Positions 45,659 through 53,206 of a stretch of DNA of 53,206 nt are shown one piece after another. The translations under genes were made by a program, and so were the position numbers. This DNA comes from an uncultured Myxococcales bacterium (GTDB taxonomy: Bacteria > Myxococcota_A > UBA9160 > SZUA-336): NCBI GenBank assembly GCA_964557495.1, contig CAZLBF010000120.1, positions 1 to 53,206 of the forward strand. The letters are read 5' to 3'. Below the pieces are notes generated by a model. The model saw only the letters and a list, made by a program, of their open reading frames with translations, had not been told where the DNA came from and ran no database searches. The stretch's first letter is position 1. Every line of letters begins with the position of its first letter.

Positions 45659-46732
45659 TCAGGCGTCTTCGGGGACGAAGCGTTTGGAGCGGCCGACCAG
45701 GCCCTCGAAGGGAATGCGCACGCTGCGCTCCGGATCCGCGACCGCGCGGCCGATCGGCCAGGCATCGGTCCCCGTGGCTCGAATCGCCTCGGTGGCCCGG
45801 TCGACCTCGGTCTCGCCGACCACCAGCGTGAGCCCGATGCCCATGTTGAACACGGTGCGCATCTCGCCCCGGTCGACCTCGCCCAGCTGCTCGATCATGC
45901 TGAAGATCGCCGGGATCTCGGGCAGCTGGGTGATCTCGAAGCCGACCGCCGCCTCGACGCGCCGCAGGTTGAGGAGCCCGTCGCCGGTGATGTGTGCGAT
46001 CGCGCGCGGGGCGATGCCCGCATCCCGCAGCGCCTCAAGCTCCGGCACGTAGATCCGCGTGGGGCGCAGCAGCTCCTCTCCGAGGCTCGTCCCCAGCTCG
46101 GACACGTGCTCGTCGATCCGGAAGCGGTGCAGCAGCGCGCTCCGCGCGAGCGACAGCCCGTTCGAGTGAACGCCGCTCGAGGCGAGCCCGATCAGGACGT
46201 CGCCAGGCTCGATCGCCGAGCCGTCGAGCAGGGCCCCGTCCGGAACCAGGCCGACGGCCATCCCGACCAGGTCGAGGCCGCGCCCCGGGGCGGCCCCGCG
46301 GAGCAGCTCGGGAACCTGGGCCGTCTCGCCTCCCACGATGCTGATCCCGGCCTGCTTGGCTCCGGCCGCGAGCCCGCGTCCGAGCTGCGCGAAGACCTCC
46401 GGGTCGGCGCTCTCGACGGCGATGTAGTCGAGCATCGCCAGGGGCTTCGCGCCCACGCAGAGCAGGTCGTTCACGTTCATCGCGATGCAGTCGATCCCGA
46501 CCGTGTCGTACTTCTCACAGAGCTCCGCGATGATCAGCTTGGTGCCCACACCGTCGGTCGTGAGGGCAATCCGCACGGGTCCTACGCGAATCACGTTCGC
46601 GAAGTGACCGATTCCGAGCTCGCTGGGCGCGCCGAAGGCGAGCGTCGGCGAGATCTCCAGCAGGAGCCGCGAGAGCGCGTGGTCCGCCGCCGACGTGTCC
46701 ACGCCGCTCCGGGAGTACTCGTCGGTGCTCAT
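45659..46732 (-). CDS. purM: Phosphoribosylformylglycinamidine cyclo-ligase (AIR synthetase)
   Basis: 357 aa with typical DGVGTKL, NDLLCVGAKP and HSNGLSL-like motifs. Confidence 0.96.
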   Translation of the reverse strand: MSTDEYSRSGVDTSAADHALSRLLLEISPTLAFGAPSELGIGHFANVIRVGPVRIALTTDGVGTKLIIAELCEKYDTVGIDCIAMNVNDLLCVGAKPLAMLDYIAVESADPEVFAQLGRGLAAGAKQAGISIVGGETAQVPELLRGAAPGRGLDLVGMAVGLVPDGALLDGSAIEPGDVLIGLASSGVHSNGLSLARSALLHRFRIDEHVSELGTSLGEELLRPTRIYVPELEALRDAGIAPRAIAHITGDGLLNLRRVEAAVGFEITQLPEIPAIFSMIEQLGEVDRGEMRTVFNMGIGLTLVVGETEVDRATEAIRATGTDAWPIGRAVADPERSVRIPFEGLVGRSKRFVPEDA

Positions 46733-46743
46733 CGGTCGTGGAG

Positions 46744-46869
46744 CTACGGGCGGGACTTCTCGCCCCGGCTCTGGCGCAGGCGCTGCCTCCGGCTCTTGGC
46801 CTTGAGCTTGGCCCGGTGGCGGGCGCTGCGCCGGCGGTTGCGGTGGGGGAGTGGCTTGGCCTTCTTCAT
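46744..46869 (-). CDS. Candidate 41-aa highly basic small protein (unannotated in the ORF track)
   Basis: My translation is MKKAKPLPHRNRRRSARHRAKLKAKSRRQRLRQSRGEKSRP. 39 of 40 sense codons after the ATG end in G/C, as in neighbouring genes. The ORF ends 11 nt before the purM start. There is no clear SD. Confidence 0.45.
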   Translation of the reverse strand: MKKAKPLPHRNRRRSARHRAKLKAKSRRQRLRQSRGEKSRP

Positions 46870-46920
46870 CGCGGGCGGAGTCTATGGCACGCTCGGGCCG
46901 GGCTCAACCCGGCGACCGCC

Positions 46921-47490
46921 TCACCAGCCGAAGAAGCTGCCTCCGCCCGTGGCGCCCCGCTCGGCGTCCTTGGCCTTGGCCGCCTCGATCTTCGCACGCA
47001 GCTCCTTGCGCTTCTCCTTGAGCCGCTTCTCGAGCCGGGTCCCGCCCGCGGCCGTCCAGGGGCGCTGCTCGGCGCTCTCCCGGAAGGTCCGGAACTGGTG
47101 GTAGAACTTGATCTCGTGCTTCAGGTCCTGGGCCATCAGCTCGATCATGATCGCGTCGTCCAGGAACCCGAGGCCCGGAACCCGGTCCGGGATCAGATCG
47201 ACGGGGTCCGAGAAGTAGGCGAGCGCCGTCAGGATCTTCTTGCGGACTGTCGCCGGCGGATTCCAGTCCTTGTCCTCCACAGTCGCGAGGATCGTCTCGA
47301 GCTTCTCCACCCGGTCGAGCACGTACTGCGGCGGCCCCGCGTCGCGGGCTTCGCGCGCCTGGCGCGCGCCGGCCCGCATGATCTCTTCCTCGCTCTTGCC
47401 CTTCGCGGCGGTGCCGGCCTGCCGCAGGACCTTCCGGAGATAGGTGACGTCCTTCTCTCCGAGCTTGAAGGTGATCTTCAGTTCCGACAT
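46921..47490 (-). CDS. DUF1232 (YkvA-like) domain protein, apparently soluble
   Basis: The central motif LAYFSDPVDLIPDRVPGLGFLDDAIMI is typical of DUF1232. The flanks are charged helices with no obvious TM segments. Confidence 0.6.
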   Translation of the reverse strand: MSELKITFKLGEKDVTYLRKVLRQAGTAAKGKSEEEIMRAGARQAREARDAGPPQYVLDRVEKLETILATVEDKDWNPPATVRKKILTALAYFSDPVDLIPDRVPGLGFLDDAIMIELMAQDLKHEIKFYHQFRTFRESAEQRPWTAAGGTRLEKRLKEKRKELRAKIEAAKAKDAERGATGGGSFFGW

Positions 47491-47625
47491 GAAGCCTCCC
47501 CGTTGAACCGGTGCGCGATCGATGCGCGACCCGTGCGCGGCAGCCCCGCCCTGAATGACGGCGCCGTACGCTGCCTGGCGCAGCCTACGGGAATGCCGAG
47601 TCCCGGGTCAATCGAGATTCGCGGT

Positions 47626-47659
47626 GGAGTCGCGACATCCAAGGCCTTGCGGCGACTCC
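47626..47659. promoter_or_regulatory. Nested inverted repeat GGAGTCGC-N18-GCGACTCC enclosing the palindrome CAAGGCCTTG
   Basis: Read directly. The outer arms are at 47626-47633 and 47652-47659 and the inner 10-bp palindrome at 47640-47649. The element lies about 75 nt upstream of the winged-helix regulator gene. It is a candidate operator or RNA hairpin. Confidence 0.4.
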
Positions 47660-47732
47660 CGCTGAGCCTGGCGGACAGCTGTACGCGGCTCGCTTGCGAG
47701 CCTCCGTTCGCTCCGTACCCTGCCCCCAGACC

Positions 47733-48059
47733 ATGACGCTCGCAGAGCGAACCGTCCTCGTCAGCGGGGCCATCCGTCTGGACCGGGCGCGCCGCCGGTG
47801 CACGGTTGGCGGCGTGCGAGTCGAGCTCACTGCCAAGGAGCTCGGTCTCCTGGAGTTCCTGATGGCGCATCCCGGGCGCGTCTTCTCTCGCACACAGCTG
47901 CTGGATCGCGTCTGGGGTCCCGGCATCCACGTCACCCCACGTACGATCGACACGCACGTGAAGCGGATCCGCGAGAAGCTCGGCTCGGCGGGCGGGCTGA
48001 TCTCGACGGTGCGCGGCGTCGGCTACCGGCTGGACCGCCGCGCCGTCCGGCGCCTCTGA
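47733..48059 (+). CDS. Stand-alone OmpR/PhoB-type winged-helix DNA-binding protein (no receiver domain)
   Basis: Trans_reg_C pattern: VELTAKELGLLEFLMAHPGRVFSRTQLLDRVWG...TIDTHVKRIREKL...VRGVGYRL. At most 121 aa are available, so no receiver domain fits. I prefer the ATG at 47733. Confidence 0.85.
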   Translation: MTLAERTVLVSGAIRLDRARRRCTVGGVRVELTAKELGLLEFLMAHPGRVFSRTQLLDRVWGPGIHVTPRTIDTHVKRIREKLGSAGGLISTVRGVGYRLDRRAVRRL

Positions 48060-48119
48060 GCTGCGTCTCTCTCCCCCCTTCCGGTAGAGTCGGCCTGAAC
48101 TTTTGCAGGGGAGAAACCG

Positions 48120-49463
48120 ATGCTCTTCGTTCCCGCTCTGGTGCTGTATCTGGGCCTCGCGACGGCCTCCGTTGCGGTAGCGGCTGAGGACACCGATTCG
48201 ATCGAGGACATCCTCGAGGTGCTGTCCGAGCGCGGCCTGATCGACGAAGCCACGCACGCGAAGATCCTCACCAAGCACAACACCCGGCGGGCATCCGCGA
48301 GCAAGGACGTGGCCGCCAGCGTGCTCGGCGGCTGGCAGTTCTCGGGCGACCTCCGACTGCGCTGGGAGTCGTTCTTCTACGACGAGGACCCGACCGGCGT
48401 CGAGGCGACCAACCGCTACCGCCTGCGCTACCGGGGGCGCCTCGCGGCCCGGAAGGAGCTCTACGACTGGCTCGAGATCGGGTTCCGCATCGCCTCCGGC
48501 GACAGCGACGATCGGAGCACCAACCAGACACTCGGTTCGGGCGACGACTTCGACACCGACGACCTGCGCTTCGACAAGGCCTGGGCCGCGCTGAAGCCGG
48601 ATCTCGGCGACGACACTGTGCTCGCGATCGTCGCCGGCAAGATGTCGAATCCCTTCATGTGGAAGGCCGGTAAGGACCTGCTGATCTGGGACTCCGACAT
48701 CACGCCCGAGGGGGCTCAGCTGCTCGCGACCCACCGGCTGAGCGAGCGCGCCAGGCTCTTCGGCAATGCGGCGTACTACGTCGCTGCCGAGAACGCGTCC
48801 TCCTCCGATCCGAAGCTGCTGGCGGTGCAGGGGGGCGCGATCTTCGCGCCGCTCGAGGACATCGAGGTGGGGCTGCGCGGCTCCGGCTACTTCTGGCACT
48901 CGCTCGATTCCAGCGGCGACCCCGACGACCCGGGCTTCATCGAGCGCGGGATGAGCTTCGGTAACCTGCCGGCCGCCTTCGACGGCACCAACATGCAGAT
49001 CGGGAGCGCCTCGGCGTACGTGCAGTACGCGGGATTCGAGGACTGGCCCGTGATGGTCTTCGGCAACCTGGCGCGGAACTTCGCCGCGGAGAGCTCGACA
49101 TACCTCGGTGAGCGCGTCGGCGACGAGGACAAGGGCTGGATCGCCGGGCTCCAGGTGGGAGACAAGAAGAAGATCGCCAAGCTCGGCTTCCTGTACGGCG
49201 AGATCGAGGCGAACGCGGTGCCCGCCCAGCTCTTCGACAGCGACTTCACCGACGGCCTCACCAACCGCAAGGGCTGGATGCTGTACGGCACGCGGCAGAT
49301 CGCGAAGAACGTCGACTTCAACGTGGAGCTCTTCAAGAGCGACCAGATCGAGGACGACGGGTCGTTCGACGGCTGTCTCCCGGACTGCGGCCCCTTCACC
49401 GAGTCGCTCCAGAACTCCGACCGCTACCGGCTCAGGACGGACCTGATCATCAAGTTCGACTGA
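48120..49463 (+). CDS. Putative outer-membrane beta-barrel porin
   Basis: Signal peptide MLFVPALVLYLGLATASVAVAAE, alternating amphipathic strands with aromatic girdle residues, and a C-terminal LRTDLIIKFD. The family assignment is tentative. Confidence 0.55.
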   Translation: MLFVPALVLYLGLATASVAVAAEDTDSIEDILEVLSERGLIDEATHAKILTKHNTRRASASKDVAASVLGGWQFSGDLRLRWESFFYDEDPTGVEATNRYRLRYRGRLAARKELYDWLEIGFRIASGDSDDRSTNQTLGSGDDFDTDDLRFDKAWAALKPDLGDDTVLAIVAGKMSNPFMWKAGKDLLIWDSDITPEGAQLLATHRLSERARLFGNAAYYVAAENASSSDPKLLAVQGGAIFAPLEDIEVGLRGSGYFWHSLDSSGDPDDPGFIERGMSFGNLPAAFDGTNMQIGSASAYVQYAGFEDWPVMVFGNLARNFAAESSTYLGERVGDEDKGWIAGLQVGDKKKIAKLGFLYGEIEANAVPAQLFDSDFTDGLTNRKGWMLYGTRQIAKNVDFNVELFKSDQIEDDGSFDGCLPDCGPFTESLQNSDRYRLRTDLIIKFD

Positions 49464-49502
49464 CGAGGCGCGCGGAGGCTCGCCCCGGGTTAGGATGGGC
49501 GC

Positions 49503-50288
49503 GTGCCGGGCCAGATCCACCTCGAGCGGCGGGACGGGATCGCGGAGATCGCGATCGACCATCCCGAGCGGCGCAACGCCATGTCGCTCTCCATGTGGGA
49601 GGGACTGGGGGACGCCTGCGAGTCGATCGAGAAGGACGAGACGGTTCGCTGCGTGATCGTGCGCGGGGCGGGGGACGAGGCGTTCGTCTCCGGGGCCGAC
49701 ATCTCCGAGTTCGGCGCCGTGCGCTCCAGCGCCGACGCCGAGAAGGCCTTCAACCGCGAGACGAGCCGGGCGGTCCTCAAGCTGGCGACCCTGCCGATGC
49801 CGGTGCTCGCCTGCATTCACGGATTCTGCATCGGCGGCGGCGTCGCCCTCTCGCTGACCTGCGACCTGCGCTACGCGTCCGACGACGCGTCGTTCGCGGT
49901 GCCGGCGGCTCGCCTCGGTCTCGGCTACGCGCTGGGTGGCATCCAGGCCGCGATCCAGCTGCTCGGCCCGGCCGTGACGAAGGAGATCTTCTTCACCGCG
50001 CGCCGTTACCGGGCGGACGAGGCGCTCCAGGTTGGCCTCGTGAACCGGGTGTTCCCCAAGGCCGAGCTCGACGCGGAGGTGCGCCGCCTCGCCGAGACCA
50101 TCGCGACCAATGCCCCCCTCACGCTGCGCGCGGTGAAGCTCGCGGCGCGCGAGGCGCAGCGCGATCCGCTGGAGCGGGACACCGACGCCGTGCAGGCCGC
50201 GATCGCCGCCTGCTTCGACAGCGAGGACTACAGGGAGGGGGTGAAGGCGTTCCTCGAGAAGCGCACCCCCCGGTTCCGGGGCCGCTGA
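49503..50288 (+). CDS. Enoyl-CoA hydratase/isomerase (crotonase) family protein
   Basis: 261 aa with typical crotonase motifs (NPERRNAMS-like, FVSGADISEF, CIHGFCIGGG, EGVKAFLEKR). Confidence 0.92.
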   Translation: MPGQIHLERRDGIAEIAIDHPERRNAMSLSMWEGLGDACESIEKDETVRCVIVRGAGDEAFVSGADISEFGAVRSSADAEKAFNRETSRAVLKLATLPMPVLACIHGFCIGGGVALSLTCDLRYASDDASFAVPAARLGLGYALGGIQAAIQLLGPAVTKEIFFTARRYRADEALQVGLVNRVFPKAELDAEVRRLAETIATNAPLTLRAVKLAAREAQRDPLERDTDAVQAAIAACFDSEDYREGVKAFLEKRTPRFRGR

Positions 50289-50289
50289 G

Positions 50290-51480
50290 GTGCCGGCGCC
50301 GCTCGCGGGCGTGCGCGTGCTCGACTTCACGCGCTTCCTGGCCGGGCCGTTCTGCACCATGCAGCTCGCGGATCTCGGGGCCGACGTGATGAAGGTGGAG
50401 CGGCCCGACGTGTCGCGGGAGTTCTCGACGCGCGAGGGGCACGACACCTACTTCTTCCTCTCCTCGAACCGGGCCAAGCGCTCGCTGGCGCTCGACTACG
50501 CGAGCGACGCGGGTCGGGAGGTGCTGCTCCGGGGCCTGGAACAGGTCGACGTGCTCGTCGAGAACTTCCGTCCCGGCGTGATGGACCGCTTCGGTCTCGG
50601 CCCGCAGGCGCTCACGGAGCGGTTCAGCCGCCTCGTCTACGTGTCGATCTCCGGCTTCGGCGCGACCGGCCCCTACCGGGAGCGGCCCGGCTTCGATCAG
50701 ATCGCCCAGGGCATGAGCGGCATCATGTCGGTCACGGGCACCCCCGAGTCGGGCCCGGTGCGCTCCGGTCTGGCGATCGGAGACCTGGTCGGCGGACTCG
50801 TCGCCGCACAGGGGGCGCTCGCGGCGCTCCACGCCCGCGCGCAGACGGGGCGCGGACAGCACGTGGAGACCTCGCTCCTCGAGAGCCTGGTCGGTCTCCT
50901 CACCTGGAGCGCGGGGATCTACTTCGCGTCGGACGCGGCGCCCGGCCCGGCCGGTCACCATCACCCGCTCTCCTCCCCCTACGGTCGCTTCCGGGCCGCC
51001 GACGGCTACCTGAACGTGACCGCGGGCAACGAGCGGATCTGGAAGCGGCTCTGCCGCGAGCTCGGCCGCGAGGACTGGCTCGAGGACGAGCGCTTCGCCG
51101 ACCCGGTCGCGCGCGTGCTCAACCGCCAGGCGCTCAGCGACGAGCTCGAGGGGGAGCTCGGGAAGGCGACCGTCGCCGAGTGGGTGGAGCGTCTGAACGC
51201 AGCCAGCGTCCCGTCGGGGCCGGTCTACACGCTCGACCAGGTCTTCGCGGATCCGCAGATCCGCGCCCGCGACATGCTCGTCGAGCTTCCGCATCCGGAG
51301 CTCGGCACGTTCAAGACGACCGGCCATCCGCTCAAGTGGTCCGAGACGCCGACCCGGGTGGAGCGGCGCCCGCCGCTGCTCGCCGAGCACACCGACGAGG
51401 TGCTGGCCGAGTTCGGCCTCAGCGGCGAGGAGCGCGCCAAGCTCTACGAGGCCGGCGTCGCGCGGCAGCGCGGCGCGTAG
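50290..51480 (+). CDS. CaiB/BaiF family III CoA-transferase
   Basis: 396 aa with [43 protein letters not shown] and LPHPELG motifs. Confidence 0.92.
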   Translation: MPAPLAGVRVLDFTRFLAGPFCTMQLADLGADVMKVERPDVSREFSTREGHDTYFFLSSNRAKRSLALDYASDAGREVLLRGLEQVDVLVENFRPGVMDRFGLGPQALTERFSRLVYVSISGFGATGPYRERPGFDQIAQGMSGIMSVTGTPESGPVRSGLAIGDLVGGLVAAQGALAALHARAQTGRGQHVETSLLESLVGLLTWSAGIYFASDAAPGPAGHHHPLSSPYGRFRAADGYLNVTAGNERIWKRLCRELGREDWLEDERFADPVARVLNRQALSDELEGELGKATVAEWVERLNAASVPSGPVYTLDQVFADPQIRARDMLVELPHPELGTFKTTGHPLKWSETPTRVERRPPLLAEHTDEVLAEFGLSGEERAKLYEAGVARQRGA

Positions 51481-51581
51481 CCCGCCTCGAGAGGGGGTGC
51501 GCCCGTCGGACGGTGGGCACCGGAGAGGCGGGGATCGGCTCCCGACTTGAGCTATCCTCGCCGGGCGAAGGAGAGACCCCC

Positions 51582-53206
<1,625 letters not shown>

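Noticed and set aside
47478-51390. 989-aa (47478..50447) and 423-aa (50119..51390) minus-strand ORFs, and 52005..53060 (351 aa)
   Set aside because: They are antisense to the porin, crotonase, CoA-transferase and fumarase genes, which have clear family motifs. No motifs are recognisable in the antisense translations.

Overview
This is a high-GC bacterial chromosomal window that almost certainly spans the replication origin. I saw no tRNA, rRNA, CRISPR array, transposase, integrase or recognisable defence gene. Nearly every base is covered by recognisable housekeeping genes.

**Gene layout**
- Every gene from 1025 to 13539 is on the minus strand: an F1 and b/b-prime ATP synthase operon, then bactofilin, parB, parA, rsmG, jag, yidC, yidD, rnpA and rpmH.
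- Every gene from 13747 to 24547 is on the plus strand: dnaA, dnaN, gyrB, gyrA, hemL, atpZ, atpI, atpB and atpE.
- The strand switch falls in the rpmH-dnaA spacer, which carries a perfect TTATCCACA DnaA box.
- Next come a DUF1329/LolA-like gene, a LysR regulator divergent from folB-glyA-tmk, and a 13.4 kb minus-strand chain of translationally coupled genes: phosphodiesterase, GT2, GT4, mfd, PPIase, surA, pdxA, uvrA and a CPBP protease.
- The remainder holds an rplC outside any S10-operon context followed by rlmE, then tgt, purM, a DUF1232 protein, a stand-alone OmpR-type winged-helix regulator next to a putative porin, a crotonase/CoA-transferase pair, and a 3'-truncated class I fumarase.
- Two genes are absent from the supplied ORF track: rpmH (13393..13539) and the fumarase (51582 to the window end). 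I also propose a 41-aa highly basic ORF at 46744..46869.

**Novelty**
I cannot support a clear novel multi-gene system here. The most unusual observations are:
1. The origin-linked DnaA keeps Walker A and the domain IV signature but appears to lack the box VII arginines, the sensor II arginine and the second Walker B acid.
2. Jag/KhpB carries a roughly 95-residue Arg-Asp dipeptide repeat linker.
3. rplC sits outside the S10 operon, and the adjoining rlmE has a conserved N-terminus with no in-frame start codon.
4. A perfect 11-bp hairpin occludes the mfd Shine-Dalgarno sequence.
5. A degenerate parS lies beside repeated half-site-like motifs upstream of parA.
6. The ATP synthase c subunit has a signal-peptide-like extension and a partial Na+-type ion-binding signature.

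**Limits**
All calls come from reading the translations and the DNA by eye. No database search was run. Many long ORFs in the track are high-GC antisense or alternate-frame artefacts.
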